From assembly GCA_035288465.1 (NCBI GenBank), contig DATEAH010000005.1:67636-131635 (forward strand): a stretch of 64,000 nucleotides of DNA. The letters are read 5' to 3'. Position 1 is the first letter of the stretch. Every line of letters begins with the position of its first letter. Position numbers and translations under genes: made by a program. Origin of the DNA: Patescibacteria group bacterium. Its GTDB lineage: Bacteria > Patescibacteriota > UBA1384 > DATEAH01. The notes under the pieces are model-generated. The model saw nothing but the letters and a program-made list of their open reading frames with translations. It was not told the origin of the DNA and did not search any database. This document shows positions 28,368-39,126 of the stretch, one piece after another.

Positions 28368-28888
28368 CGGTTCTCGACCTCCAGGAAGGGATATTGGTCA
28401 TAGGGGATGGGATGTTCGTCGGGCTTTGTTGGATTATATATATGACTGACGTAGTAATTCAAGACGCAAGGTTTGTTGTATAGGGGTGTAAAACCATGAT
28501 ACCAACCGGGTGGGATAACAACAATTCCCGGTTTTAGGTCACCAATATAATATTCAAGATACCAATTAAGCTCTAATAATTCGGATTTGGTACGGCGACC
28601 ACTACCATCCAATCTGAAAACTACTATTTTAGCGTTTCCATGGCTCACGCGCATACAATCTGTTTGCAACTTGTGAAGGTGCCAGGCCCTCTTAACCCCA
28701 AAAGCAGTTTTGCTTTCGTTGGATTGTCCTGAGTTTTTATCAAAATAGATGTTGTTCCGGTCAAGTGGCGCATATACATTATAAATTCCGTAGCCACGAT
28801 CATCCATCTTAATATCTTCGGGTTGATAATAAAATACCTGCGGTTTTATAATGGTTCGATCCAGAGTAGGATCCAACAACTCAACCAT
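28364..28888 (-). CDS. rmlC: dTDP-4-dehydrorhamnose 3,5-epimerase (cupin)
   Basis: 174 aa cupin with RmlC-like AWHLHKLQ...KIVVFRLDGSG region; overlaps rmlD start by 4 nt. Confidence 0.6.
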   Translation of the reverse strand: MVELLDPTLDRTIIKPQVFYYQPEDIKMDDRGYGIYNVYAPLDRNNIYFDKNSGQSNESKTAFGVKRAWHLHKLQTDCMRVSHGNAKIVVFRLDGSGRRTKSELLELNWYLEYYIGDLKPGIVVIPPGWYHGFTPLYNKPCVLNYYVSHIYNPTKPDEHPIPYDQYPFLEVENR

Positions 28889-28996
28889 CTCCTTGAGATA
28901 TGATTCTGGGACTGAAAATATTATATCAGAAAGTTTGATAAAATCAAAGATAAGGCATAAAAATGCCTCTTCTTCTTTATATCTTAAGGTCTAAGA

Positions 28997-29131
28997 TTAT
29001 TTTTTATCTTTTTTTTGACAGCCACACTGACAGCCCTTGTCACAGGTACAGCATTTACAGCAAATGCCCGGTTCGCAAGAACATTCACAGTCTTTGTCAA
29101 TTGGCATAGTACATTTTTTACATTTTGCCAT
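28997..29131 (-). CDS. cysteine-rich 44-aa protein (metallothionein-like)
   Basis: Not in ORF track (<60 aa). MAKCKKCTMPIDKDCECSCEPGICCKCCTCDKGCQCGCQKKDKK: 14 Cys/44; aaggaag RBS 5 nt before ATG. Confidence 0.5.
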   Translation of the reverse strand: MAKCKKCTMPIDKDCECSCEPGICCKCCTCDKGCQCGCQKKDKK

Positions 29132-29156
29132 TAAGCTTCCTTTCATTATATTAATA

Positions 29157-30251
29157 TTAATTTTTAAAATTTTTGGAAGAGGGGGCGGTTTTTGTGGGTG
29201 TAGGAGCAGGGGTAGCTGGGGCGGGCGTGGCAGAAGCTGGCGTGGCAGTTGGACTGATACCTTTTAAGAAAAAAGAAATTATAATCATCACCACACATAT
29301 TCCAAAAATAATTGCCAACTCAATAATTTTTCGGTTATTAATTTCGTTAAAAATGTTGCGAATTAAGGGATCAATAATTTTGGCGATTAATTTGCTTTCT
29401 TTAGTATCAGAAACTGAAGTAAGACTAGGGATAAACCGATAAATTAAATTTGCAGTTGAACTTAAAATTAGCAATAACCCAGAAGGAATCATAATTGGTA
29501 TTGACAACCAGCGGAAAAAAGATCGCCAAGAAACTCGAGCCATCAACCCAATCACAAATAGAAATAAAATTAACAAAAAACTTAAACTATAGAAAACGAT
29601 TCGAAAAACTAAATACCATGAACCACCTTTTGCCCAAAATAATGCCGTACCACTCGTGGCAGTGGGCTGAAAGGAATAAGTAAATGAATCATTTAATTTG
29701 GAATTTTCGGTTTGAAATTGGCTTATAAATTCAGTTTTTAAATCAGCAAAAGACTTGCCAGAAATTCGGCATTCAAGTCCATTTTCGCTAAAGATATTAT
29801 AATTTGTAACTTGGGCTTGAGTACATACCGGTAAACTCGGATATTTAGCTTCTAAGCCCTGGAAGAAAAAATCTTCAAAACTTTTAGTCAATTCACTTGA
29901 GGCAAGATTAATTTCAAATTTGTCAGTTTTGCCATAAAGCCAAGCATAAGAACTATCAATATTTTTTTCTATTTCAGATTGGAGCAGTTCGGGCTTGATG
30001 TCTTTTTTAACAAAATCAATCAGGCGGTCGAATTGCGCCGCTTCTTTTGGATCTTTAGTTTCAACTTTGAGCAACTCTAAAAAGCTGGGGATGGTTTTGG
30101 TTAAATTAGTATAAAAATTAGCTTTTCTAAGTTCCTTTTTAACAAAATTGGCATTTAAAAAAGTGGCTTTAAAATTTACCATATAAATTACGACTGAAAA
30201 AATTAAAACCACTAAAAATGCTAAAAAAAACCCTAAACACGAGTGGCGCAT
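29157..30251 (-). CDS. membrane protein with Pro/Thr/Ala-rich C-terminal tail
   Basis: 364 aa; N-terminal TM, multiple C-terminal TM helices, tail TATPASATPAPATPAPTPTKTAPS. Confidence 0.55.
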   Translation of the reverse strand: MRHSCLGFFLAFLVVLIFSVVIYMVNFKATFLNANFVKKELRKANFYTNLTKTIPSFLELLKVETKDPKEAAQFDRLIDFVKKDIKPELLQSEIEKNIDSSYAWLYGKTDKFEINLASSELTKSFEDFFFQGLEAKYPSLPVCTQAQVTNYNIFSENGLECRISGKSFADLKTEFISQFQTENSKLNDSFTYSFQPTATSGTALFWAKGGSWYLVFRIVFYSLSFLLILFLFVIGLMARVSWRSFFRWLSIPIMIPSGLLLILSSTANLIYRFIPSLTSVSDTKESKLIAKIIDPLIRNIFNEINNRKIIELAIIFGICVVMIIISFFLKGISPTATPASATPAPATPAPTPTKTAPSSKNFKN

Positions 30252-30349
30252 TGTCCTCCTTTAATTTTTAAAATAGATTCGAGACAATTTTATTATAACT
30301 AATATGAAGGGCAAAAAAAAGAGCCCGAAAAGGTAAAAAATGAATTACC

Positions 30350-30778
30350 CTAACGGGCTGGAGATAGGTTTGGAATCTCATTAAAATTAAAATCTTCGGG
30401 AAGATCTTCAGCAAGAACAGGCTCACCATTTGCATCGAGAATGATTTGGCTGGCAAGATGATATTTTTCTTCGATTTTCCGGCGAATTGAAACGAGTTGT
30501 CCGGGAGTGAGTTTTTCGATAATTTCGAGGGGATATAGATGTTGAACTGGAACTAAACCAAAGTGATTCATAATCACTTTCCATGATTCATGGTCTAAAC
30601 CTTCACGAATAACATCCCATGGTCTTGAACCACCAACGTCATGGGATCCACTCCATTGTTTCCCCTGATGTCCAAAATCAACGGCAAATCTTTCCATTTT
30701 GGAGGTAAATTTATCTGGTTGTTCATATTCGATTGAAAAACAACCAATAGTAACCCGGCGCTCAACCGATGCTACCAA
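30350..30778 (-). CDS. hypothetical protein
   Basis: 142 aa ORF. Confidence 0.45.
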   Translation of the reverse strand: MVASVERRVTIGCFSIEYEQPDKFTSKMERFAVDFGHQGKQWSGSHDVGGSRPWDVIREGLDHESWKVIMNHFGLVPVQHLYPLEIIEKLTPGQLVSIRRKIEEKYHLASQIILDANGEPVLAEDLPEDFNFNEIPNLSPAR

Positions 30779-30842
30779 GTTGCTGACTCCTTTCCGAAAA
30801 TACCGTTTGGTTGGGATTCGCGACTTATTAAATTTTACCTCG

Positions 30843-30882
30843 AAACTTAAAAAAAGTAAATAAAAAAAGCCCGTTAGGAGTC
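30843..30882. terminator. bidirectional rho-independent terminator
   Basis: aaaaaaagcccgttaggagtcaaaagcacagggttttcccctaacgggttttt. Confidence 0.55.
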
Positions 30883-30927
30883 AAAAGCACAGGGTTTTCC
30901 CCTAACGGGTTTTTAAAATCGCGAAAA

Positions 30928-32055
30928 TTATGATGGCTGATAATTTGTGGTCCAAGAAATATTACCGTACCAACCACCATTTTCCGTGGCTTTCATTTGT
31001 TCATAGCTCGATTCATGCAAGCGATAAATATAAATTCCTGAAGGGGCGAGCATTGCCAAATCTCGAGGGTTGGTCTTTGGACACCAACACACATCAGTAA
31101 TTCTTTCATTAACCTTTATGATTTGGTTTTCAAGCCAGGTGTCACAATTCACCAGATATAATTTGCGAGGATTGGCAATAATTCGATTCCCAAAATACAT
31201 TACTACTTTTGCATCAGGCGAAAGATAAATTCGGTCAATATCACCATTATTAATCACTAAGTGTGGCTGAGCTGGTGCGGATTGAGCATTAACTACAAAA
31301 GCGCCAATATTATTAACCTTAAAGAGAAGCTGTTCGCCACTTGGAAGCCATTGCAGACATAATGGTTCAAATTCAATGAAACTGTCTCCCTGACAAATCA
31401 GGCGAGGATCAGCACCGTTAGCCCCAATGATCATAATCTGGTAATGGTTTTCCGAGGTCCAACGTACAAAAGCGATTTGGGTAGCATCCGGAGAAAAGAC
31501 TGGAAATTGATCAGTGCAGTTTTCATCAGATTGATAAAATCGTTCAGTTTCAGAACTGAGTCGATATCGATAAAGACCATCATTTTCTACTCCATAAATT
31601 AGCAAATCTTCCTTAGGTGACCAAGATCCCGGAGTCGCATTATAAAAAACGACTTGATCTTGACCATGATCGTCTACCACCGCCAAATAGTGAAAATCGT
31701 CGCCGACTCGACACATATAGGACAAAAGCTTGGATGATGGCGACCAGGACATAAAGGCTTCTGGAGCAACATTGCTCATCACTAATCCTAACCAAGGTTC
31801 ACCACTAGCTTTGTAAAGCATCATGGAGGTTGAGGCAAAATTTGAGGAAGATACATTATAAGCTATAAATCCAACAGGCAAAGGCTTGAGCTTTGGTCCC
31901 AAATAGTGAGGATCATTATTTGAATCATTAGTGACACTACCACAGCCTATTAACATAAAGCCCAGAAACAAGAAAATCACCAACCAAAGCACAAATCTGA
32001 AAATCTTTGCAGTTTGCAGTTTCATCTCGAGCACCTCCTTGAGGTCTTTTTTCAA
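30928..32055 (-). CDS. periplasmic beta-propeller protein (TolB/PD40-like repeats)
   Basis: 375 aa; N-terminal TM/signal; repeated SPD(A/G)... PD40-like motifs. Confidence 0.6.
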   Translation of the reverse strand: MKKDLKEVLEMKLQTAKIFRFVLWLVIFLFLGFMLIGCGSVTNDSNNDPHYLGPKLKPLPVGFIAYNVSSSNFASTSMMLYKASGEPWLGLVMSNVAPEAFMSWSPSSKLLSYMCRVGDDFHYLAVVDDHGQDQVVFYNATPGSWSPKEDLLIYGVENDGLYRYRLSSETERFYQSDENCTDQFPVFSPDATQIAFVRWTSENHYQIMIIGANGADPRLICQGDSFIEFEPLCLQWLPSGEQLLFKVNNIGAFVVNAQSAPAQPHLVINNGDIDRIYLSPDAKVVMYFGNRIIANPRKLYLVNCDTWLENQIIKVNERITDVCWCPKTNPRDLAMLAPSGIYIYRLHESSYEQMKATENGGWYGNISWTTNYQPS

Positions 32056-32217
32056 TTTATTAAAGAACGGGAATTCATTATCTAATATTGGGTTAAATAT
32101 AGTCTTTAATAATCAATTTGTCAAGTTGTTTTGGAAAATAAAAGATCAATAATGGGTTGTTCATAATATTGGTTTGAGATTTTTAAATAATAGTTTATAC
32201 TGGGTTTAGGAGGAATT

Positions 32218-32622
32218 ATGGAAGAAGCTAAAAAAATCATTTTAATTGTTGAAGACGAGCCTTCTTTGTTAAACGTACTCGAGGAAAAATTTACTAAAGA
32301 AGGTTTTGAGGTGATGAGGGCCGCTGATGGCCAAGAAGGCTTGGACAAATTTGGACAAAAAACACCAGACTTGGTTTTACTAGACATTATTATGCCGATT
32401 ATGAATGGAATTGAGATGTTAACTAAGATGCGCGAAATGCCAAAAGGTAATCAAATTCCCGTGATCTTATTAACCAACCTGACGAGTCCGCCAGAGCCAT
32501 CTTTTCGAAAAATAATTGGCGAATCGTCAGAATATTTGGTCAAAAGTGACTGGAAACTTGACGACGTTGTTGAAAAAGTTAAAAATAAATTGGCCAAAGA
32601 TAATTTGCCAACTCAAAAATAA
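32218..32622 (+). CDS. single-domain response regulator (CheY-like receiver)
   Basis: KIILIVEDEP...LLDIIMP...K receiver motifs (phospho-acceptor Asp context). Confidence 0.85.
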   Translation: MEEAKKIILIVEDEPSLLNVLEEKFTKEGFEVMRAADGQEGLDKFGQKTPDLVLLDIIMPIMNGIEMLTKMREMPKGNQIPVILLTNLTSPPEPSFRKIIGESSEYLVKSDWKLDDVVEKVKNKLAKDNLPTQK

Positions 32623-32638
32623 TTTCAAAATTCAATTT

Positions 32639-34204
32639 TTAGGTCAAATTTCTTGTACCCTCTTTTTCTTTCATCCCAGAAAGCGGCAAACTGACATAAA
32701 AAGTGGCGCCTTTATTTTGTTTTGATTTAAACCAAGTCTTGCCACCGACCTGATCTAAAATCGCTTTCATCAAATATAAACCTAAGCCGGCACCTTGGGT
32801 GCTTCGCTCTTTGATATTATCAGCTCTAAATAATTTATTATAAACATTGGCCTGCTGTTTTTTGGGAATCCCATAACCATTATCAGCCACTCTAATTAAA
32901 ACATTGGTTTTATCTTCTTTAATAGTAATACTGACTTTCCCTTTATTTGGAGTATATTTAATCGCGTTAGTAATTAAATTTTGCAGAATGACGCGGACAA
33001 TTTTTTCATCGGCATTAATTTTTGGCAAGCCTTTTTCATATATTTGCTTAATATTTAATTTCTTTTCAGCAATTTTTGGACCTAATTCATCAAGAACTGA
33101 TTTAGCAATTAAAGGAAAATCTACAGGCACGGGTTTGATGATCAAAGTGCCCATTTCAATTCGTGAAACATTTAACAAACCATTCACCAAAGCGATCATT
33201 CTTTCATTGCTGTTATAAATTTCCTGAAGATAATTTTGTTGGTTATCGGTTATTTTGCCCGCATCGCCGGCCATTAATAATTCAGCATACCACTTAACCG
33301 AAGAAAGTGGGGTGCGAAGCTGGTGGGACGCTAAAGAGACAAATTCAGTTTTTGCCCGATCGATTTCTCTTTCTTTGGTGACATCTCGCAAAACTACCAC
33401 ACAGCCGGTTACCAAACCTAATTTATTTTTAAGAGGAGCGGCTGATCCCGAAACTGGAATCCGATTTTTGTCTTGACGAATTAAAACTGTCTGATTAGGA
33501 GCGTCAATAATTTCACCACTGGTTAATGAATTTTTAATGAATTGGTCGCAAATTGCTTCATCAATTTCATTAATTAATTTAATAATTTCTTGATATTGCT
33601 TGCCAATCGCTTGATCGGCGGTGTATCCGGTCACTTTTTCGGCAACCCGGTTAAACATCGTAATTTTTAAATCCCGATCAAGCGTAAAAACCCCGTCACC
33701 AATGCTGTGCAAAATCGCATCGGTTTTTTCTTTTTCTTTGGTAATATAGCTTACCGTATCTTTAAGCTCAACAGTTCTTTCCTTAACTTTTCTTTGCAAA
33801 TTATTGGTATTTTCTCGCCGTTCGTTGTCTAATTCCTTTAAATCATCAATCATTAAATTTAGAGTGACAATAAATTCGGTAAATTCATCTTTGATATTAG
33901 GTACTTCAATTCGACTGCTAAAATCTCCTCGGATGGCTTTTTCCATTATAGGAATTATTTTTGCCAATCGATTCTGGGCATACTTTTTTTGATTCTCTTT
34001 CTCCAGATGTAATTTATCAATCATTGAATTTATTGCTAAAATAAACTCGGAATCTGGATTAGAATTATCAAGTTCGGACAATTTTTCCGAAAAATCACCT
34101 TGAGAAATTTTCTTAAGAATTGGTAAAATCGCTTGGATTTGGTTTTGGTGATTTTGGCCAAGATTGTTAGCGGTTTCTTTTTTATTTTTTGAGAACAAAA
34201 ACAT
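32639..34204 (-). CDS. sensor histidine kinase with PAS domain
   Basis: H-box SHQLRTPLSSV, G-boxes DNGYGIP / GAGLGL, PAS-like segment. Confidence 0.85.
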   Translation of the reverse strand: MFLFSKNKKETANNLGQNHQNQIQAILPILKKISQGDFSEKLSELDNSNPDSEFILAINSMIDKLHLEKENQKKYAQNRLAKIIPIMEKAIRGDFSSRIEVPNIKDEFTEFIVTLNLMIDDLKELDNERRENTNNLQRKVKERTVELKDTVSYITKEKEKTDAILHSIGDGVFTLDRDLKITMFNRVAEKVTGYTADQAIGKQYQEIIKLINEIDEAICDQFIKNSLTSGEIIDAPNQTVLIRQDKNRIPVSGSAAPLKNKLGLVTGCVVVLRDVTKEREIDRAKTEFVSLASHQLRTPLSSVKWYAELLMAGDAGKITDNQQNYLQEIYNSNERMIALVNGLLNVSRIEMGTLIIKPVPVDFPLIAKSVLDELGPKIAEKKLNIKQIYEKGLPKINADEKIVRVILQNLITNAIKYTPNKGKVSITIKEDKTNVLIRVADNGYGIPKKQQANVYNKLFRADNIKERSTQGAGLGLYLMKAILDQVGGKTWFKSKQNKGATFYVSLPLSGMKEKEGTRNLT

Positions 34205-34258
34205 ATCAGCCTGTGTTTAACCGGTTAAATTAAATTTGATGGTTTTTATTTTTAATAA

Positions 34259-34699
34259 TTAGCGCGTGACTGAAATCGTAACATTATTTTCCGCATCAGG
34301 TGCAGAAATTGTTACCCTCCCATTTGCAGTTTTAACAATTTCGTAGCCGGCGCCATTAGTCGAGACCCCTTGGGGATCGGTAGGAATTGAGGTTAAATAA
34401 ACTTCATTGGTGGTCAAAACTGACAAATCAATCAAGCCAGTGCAGGTTCCGCCTGATTTGCAAATTTCTGTGTTGACTGCGGTAATTGAAGCTGGTAAAT
34501 TGCCATTGTTATCCAGAGAATACTGATAAACGGCGTTGAGAACGGTGTTGACGTTCGTCCATCTTTGGGCATTTCTGGAGTCTGCTAATTGTTTGCCAGG
34601 ATTAATAGCAACAATGACAATTGCCGCTAAAATGGCAATAATAGCAATCACCAATAAAATCTCCAAAAGAGTGAAGCCTTTTTTTGAAAACTGATACAT
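34259..34699 (-). CDS. type IV pilin (major pilin candidate)
   Basis: Start [27 protein letters not shown] (prepilin cleavage/methylation motif) after aggagg RBS; ORF track extends to 34768. Confidence 0.8.
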   Translation of the reverse strand: MYQFSKKGFTLLEILLVIAIIAILAAIVIVAINPGKQLADSRNAQRWTNVNTVLNAVYQYSLDNNGNLPASITAVNTEICKSGGTCTGLIDLSVLTTNEVYLTSIPTDPQGVSTNGAGYEIVKTANGRVTISAPDAENNVTISVTR

Positions 34700-34743
34700 T
34701 GATACCTCCTTGTTATATTTTAATTTTATTATAACATATTTGT

Positions 34744-35151
34744 TTAAAAATTTGCTACCTCCAGCCATGAGGTAAGATGAATTTGTGGAGAAATGGTATC
34801 AAGAGTAACTCGGACTTTTTTTATAACTGACTTAACCGTACCAGTCGCGGTCACGGTTCGATTTTGACCAGATTGTATGGTGACAGTATAATTACACGTT
34901 CCCGGGCCTAAAATTAAACTACCAGAGCCTTCATACGAAGTGGCGTCTCTAATTTTTTGTAAACCTTCCTCAGCACAGGCGTTGGCTAATGATTTGGCCT
35001 GACCAGATTGCTCTTTGGAAAAACTAGTCCTTGAGCTTCCTAAGCCGAGCAAAATTAAGGAAATTGCCACCGATAAACTCACGGCGCCGGCAATTAAAAC
35101 ACTAATTAGGGTGATATAGCCTGAAAATTTTACTTTACAATTAGATTTCAT
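34744..35151 (-). CDS. pilus-associated minor pilin-like protein
   Basis: 135 aa, N-terminal hydrophobic segment, in pilin gene array. Confidence 0.45.
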   Translation of the reverse strand: MKSNCKVKFSGYITLISVLIAGAVSLSVAISLILLGLGSSRTSFSKEQSGQAKSLANACAEEGLQKIRDATSYEGSGSLILGPGTCNYTVTIQSGQNRTVTATGTVKSVIKKVRVTLDTISPQIHLTSWLEVANF

Positions 35152-35163
35152 TTAATCCCCATT

Positions 35164-35700
35164 TTATCTTAAACTGGCGCTGGTATAAAAAGTTTTATGA
35201 TAATCATATTCATTTCTCGAATTATTATTAACATAACTAATAGTCATTTGAATTCTAATAATGTCTTTAGTGCCGGTTCTGGTAAGATTTTGAAAGGTTA
35301 AATTTGAAATTGTAATTCGTGATGATATTAAGGAAACTGGCGCTAAGTTTCCCTCTTTAATCCTCAAAATTCCCGAAGATTGATCAAAAATTGTGGGACT
35401 TTTGCTAACATCTGGCACATTTAAAGATAAGGTGGGAGACGAAATCCCTTGGTTGGGAGAATTAATTCCGGCTGAGTTGCGAATAGTTTGGGAAATAATT
35501 TGCATTGCTTGCGAACCTTGCTCTTCGACCTCAGCCATGGTTTGATTTTTGATTCGAGATTCTAAGGTTAAAGAAATAAAGATTGAAATAGCCAAAAGTA
35601 ATAGAGAAGCTAAACTCGTATAAAGTAATAATTCAATCATGGTAAAACCAGCCTTAAAGCTTGTTTTTGGGGCAGATTTTAGAGATTGATTATTTTTCAT
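35164..35700 (-). CDS. prepilin-type N-terminal cleavage/methylation domain protein (minor pilin)
   Basis: KAGFTMIELLLYTSLASLLL motif. Confidence 0.7.
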   Translation of the reverse strand: MKNNQSLKSAPKTSFKAGFTMIELLLYTSLASLLLLAISIFISLTLESRIKNQTMAEVEEQGSQAMQIISQTIRNSAGINSPNQGISSPTLSLNVPDVSKSPTIFDQSSGILRIKEGNLAPVSLISSRITISNLTFQNLTRTGTKDIIRIQMTISYVNNNSRNEYDYHKTFYTSASLR

Positions 35701-35726
35701 TAATTTAGACTCCTAAAACTTACTCG

Positions 35727-37520
35727 TTAAAAAATACTCCAAGCAAAATCATACCAAAAATCTAAAACTGCGGAACCATTGGTGCCGTGTTGGCTAAATG
35801 CATCGCCTGCAGGTGCGGCATAAAAAGCATTATTAGCGCCATCCCAAACCAATGAATATAAATCTAAATTAGAATCTGCTAACAAAACCATAATATCATC
35901 GGTATCAGTTTCTGAAATCATTCGCACACTTGAGACATCACCCAAAGAATATGGCGCCGTATTGATCGCGGTTGAGGTTAAATCCCAAGTATTTGTGGCG
36001 GGATTATAAGTTTTAAATTTAGGGGCATAATTTCCAGATAACTCAGAAAAAACTATTAATGCTAAGCTGGCGCTAACCGGTTCAAAACCAGGTTGATAAT
36101 TTCGGGAAATTCTAAGATCTGCTGAGGTGGTGATTCGACCATTAGTGGTAGCGGTTAATAAAGGGGTATAATTAGCCCGGTAACAATTAATTTGAACATT
36201 TCGTGTCGTAGAATCTTTGTCGCAGGCGAGAAAATAATCTGCTCCGGGTTGACCAATAATTGAAACTGGTCCGACGGCACCAGGTTGTGTTGGGCTAACT
36301 GCCGCAGTTGCCCAGCCTCCCCCACCACTTCCATTGGCGGTAAAAACATTAACACTTAATCGTTTATTAGAGGAGTTGCTGGTATAAACTAAACCACCTT
36401 TAGTGTTATTATTTGGGCTCCAATCAAAATCAACAACCCGGTTGGAATTCAAATTTGATCGACTAGGATGGGTAGTAAAAAGGGTCCAACTATCTTGAAC
36501 ATAGCTTGAACCATTAAAATATTGAGTGGTAATAATTTTCGCTTGGTCATAAATTGCCAACATCACTTCGTTTGAACTTGGTCGATTCTTCAAAACAATA
36601 TAATTAGGCCTCGCCGTCGCCGCACCAATTAATTGACAGGAAATACTTGAAGCTGACCAGGAAATCCCATTCCAAATCTTGAACTTGGGAATATTAGTAT
36701 TATCAGTATATACCACCATAAAATCACCGTTTGACAAATATGCACCATCAAAATTCTGGACGTCCAAAAAGGTGTTTGCAGACCAGCTTGATAAAAGATT
36801 TACATTTCCCCAACCAGTCCCATTAAAAACCTGAGCGTAAATAAATTGAGTGGTACTATTAAAGTGACGAGAAACTAAAATTTTCTCATTTCTGGTCGCC
36901 GAGGCAAAAATTCGAGCGGCTCGCAAAGCCTTATTAGCAGTTGCCAAATCAATATCAGCAGCCGCGGTCGCAGCCCCCCAAATACCAGAATTAGCATCAA
37001 AAGTTTTATACATAATTGTATCTGCAGTTGTACCACCATCTCCATAAACCAAAAAACCGCCTTTTTTGTTTTGTATCGTTTTTTGCCAATTAGTCAGATA
37101 GGTTACCAAAGAAATGGTACCTGGACGCTGCAAATTTTGCGGCCAGGTGACAGTTGAGGTGATCTGCTTTCGATTGACATCAACGGTTGAGATGGCGATT
37201 TGACGAGTAAAAATATCTGTCACATCTTGAGTTCCAGAAAAAGTCCAAACATTTGCCGAGATTGCCAAACCATGATTTCCATCAGTTAAATTTGTAAAAT
37301 TGGCATTTCTAATGTTTCTTGTCGCTTCCAAGCCTTCTTCGGCTAAATCTGCGGCACGTGCTTTTTGGCCCGCGATCATGGTAGTTTGTTTACCGTAAAT
37401 AATCGTCCCGACAAGAGTGGCGGTGATTAGTGAAAATAAGGCGGCTGACAATAAAGCTTCAATTAGCGAAAAACCAGTTGAAGATTGTTTGTTATAAATT
37501 AGGAAAAATAATTTAGTCAT
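35727..37520 (-). CDS. large prepilin-domain protein (597 aa minor pilin / tip-associated candidate)
   Basis: N-terminal GFSLIEALLSAALFSLI prepilin motif followed by long Ser/Thr/Asn-rich region. Confidence 0.65.
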   Translation of the reverse strand: MTKLFFLIYNKQSSTGFSLIEALLSAALFSLITATLVGTIIYGKQTTMIAGQKARAADLAEEGLEATRNIRNANFTNLTDGNHGLAISANVWTFSGTQDVTDIFTRQIAISTVDVNRKQITSTVTWPQNLQRPGTISLVTYLTNWQKTIQNKKGGFLVYGDGGTTADTIMYKTFDANSGIWGAATAAADIDLATANKALRAARIFASATRNEKILVSRHFNSTTQFIYAQVFNGTGWGNVNLLSSWSANTFLDVQNFDGAYLSNGDFMVVYTDNTNIPKFKIWNGISWSASSISCQLIGAATARPNYIVLKNRPSSNEVMLAIYDQAKIITTQYFNGSSYVQDSWTLFTTHPSRSNLNSNRVVDFDWSPNNNTKGGLVYTSNSSNKRLSVNVFTANGSGGGGWATAAVSPTQPGAVGPVSIIGQPGADYFLACDKDSTTRNVQINCYRANYTPLLTATTNGRITTSADLRISRNYQPGFEPVSASLALIVFSELSGNYAPKFKTYNPATNTWDLTSTAINTAPYSLGDVSSVRMISETDTDDIMVLLADSNLDLYSLVWDGANNAFYAAPAGDAFSQHGTNGSAVLDFWYDFAWSIF

Positions 37521-37522
37521 TT

Positions 37523-37981
37523 TTAATAACTTACCATGCCTTTTTCGTTTAATATAATCGTTCTCGTATTATTAGAGGTGGACAAAATAATATTACCAAT
37601 ATTGATTGGAAAGCCGGTTAATTTATCAAAAACTACTTCGGTGGCATTTCCTGAACAGCTGATGGTCGAGGGCAATTCAAAAACTTCATCAAAACTGCTC
37701 TCGCGTCCAAGGTAATTGTTACCTTTAAAAAGCACCAAACTTCCAATTTGCGCTTTAAATCCCCAGCTTGAATCACCTTCGCCAGATCTAGATAAAGCTT
37801 GGGCACGACGCAAGGTTTGGGCGGTGATTTCAGCGGCAATATCCAAATCATTTTTTACCTGAAAAGATTGAAAAATGGGAGCTGTTAAACCAACCATAAC
37901 GGCAAAAACCGAAATGGCTAATAAAACTTCCAAAAGAGTAAAACCCAAGCGATTTTTAGTTTTTCGATGATCTCTTTTCAT
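37523..37981 (-). CDS. prepilin-type pseudopilin
   Basis: LGFTLLEVLLAISVFAVMVGL motif. Confidence 0.7.
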   Translation of the reverse strand: MKRDHRKTKNRLGFTLLEVLLAISVFAVMVGLTAPIFQSFQVKNDLDIAAEITAQTLRRAQALSRSGEGDSSWGFKAQIGSLVLFKGNNYLGRESSFDEVFELPSTISCSGNATEVVFDKLTGFPINIGNIILSTSNNTRTIILNEKGMVSY

Positions 37982-38013
37982 AAATCTATCAGCTTCTATT
38001 ATTAGTTCATTAT

Positions 38014-39120
38014 TTATTTGTTCATGCCGCCGATTAAACTATAAATTGGCATAATTACCGATAAAGCAATTAATAAAACTACCACCCAAACGATAATGAG
38101 CAGCACTGGCTCTAAAATAATGGCTAAATTTTTGGTGGTAAGATTAATTTTTTCTTCATAAATTTTACCAATTTTTAACAAAACATCTGATAAATTTCCG
38201 GACTGTTCTCCGGCGACAATCATTTGCTGTAAAGGGTTTGATATTAAATTATTAATCTTGGGAAGATTGGCAAAAGTTTTTTTAAAAGAATTGCCTTCAG
38301 CAATACTAACTTCAAAATACCCATAAAGTTTTTTAAAAGCCCGAAAAGTCGCCACCCCCTTCAAAGAACTCAAAGCATCACTTATCGGTAAACCTGCCTC
38401 TAATAAATTTCCCAAGATATAACCAAACCGAGAAATTTCAATTTCTAAAATTAATCTTTTGGTGCCAGGCAATCTAAATAATAACCCTTGACCTAAATGT
38501 TTGGTTTTGGAATTAAAAAATAAAAAATAGACTAAAAAAATTGTAAATAGTAAAAAAAATGGGACAACATAAATACCATATTGACCTAAAAATTCGCCTA
38601 GCGCAATTAAAGCCCTAGTGGTGATTGGCAAATCAATTCTTAATTGTTTAAAAACCGAGGCTAATTTTGGTAAAATAAACCAAGCGATCCCGGTTCCAAC
38701 TACTAACGCCATAAGTAATATCAAGATTGGGTACATGGTCGCGGAATAAATTTGTGATTTGAAAATTCGATCTTTGCGACGTTCCTCGACAATCATTTTT
38801 AAATTTTCAGCTAAACGACCAGATTGTTCACCAACCCGCACCAAAGAAATAATATAGTCTGGAAATATTTTTAATTTAGCTAAGGCCCGCCAAAGTGCGG
38901 AACCGGAATTTATTTCTTCTTCAAGGTCAGTCATAATTTTCAACATTTTAGCAGTTTTGGTTTCAGATTTGACCGCTTCAATCGCTTGAATCATGGTCAT
39001 GCCAGAAGTCAAAAGCATGGCTAAATTTTCAATAAAATAATCTTTTTCTTGACGAAAACCGATATTAAAAGGCGAACGAGAACGTTTTTGTGGAGGTTTT
39101 TTGGTAGCAGTTTGATTCAT
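38014..39120 (-). CDS. pilC: type IV pilus platform protein PilC (GspF family)
   Basis: 368 aa with two GspF-type repeats and three TM segments. Confidence 0.85.
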   Translation of the reverse strand: MNQTATKKPPQKRSRSPFNIGFRQEKDYFIENLAMLLTSGMTMIQAIEAVKSETKTAKMLKIMTDLEEEINSGSALWRALAKLKIFPDYIISLVRVGEQSGRLAENLKMIVEERRKDRIFKSQIYSATMYPILILLMALVVGTGIAWFILPKLASVFKQLRIDLPITTRALIALGEFLGQYGIYVVPFFLLFTIFLVYFLFFNSKTKHLGQGLLFRLPGTKRLILEIEISRFGYILGNLLEAGLPISDALSSLKGVATFRAFKKLYGYFEVSIAEGNSFKKTFANLPKINNLISNPLQQMIVAGEQSGNLSDVLLKIGKIYEEKINLTTKNLAIILEPVLLIIVWVVVLLIALSVIMPIYSLIGGMNK

Positions 39121-39126
39121 ATAATT

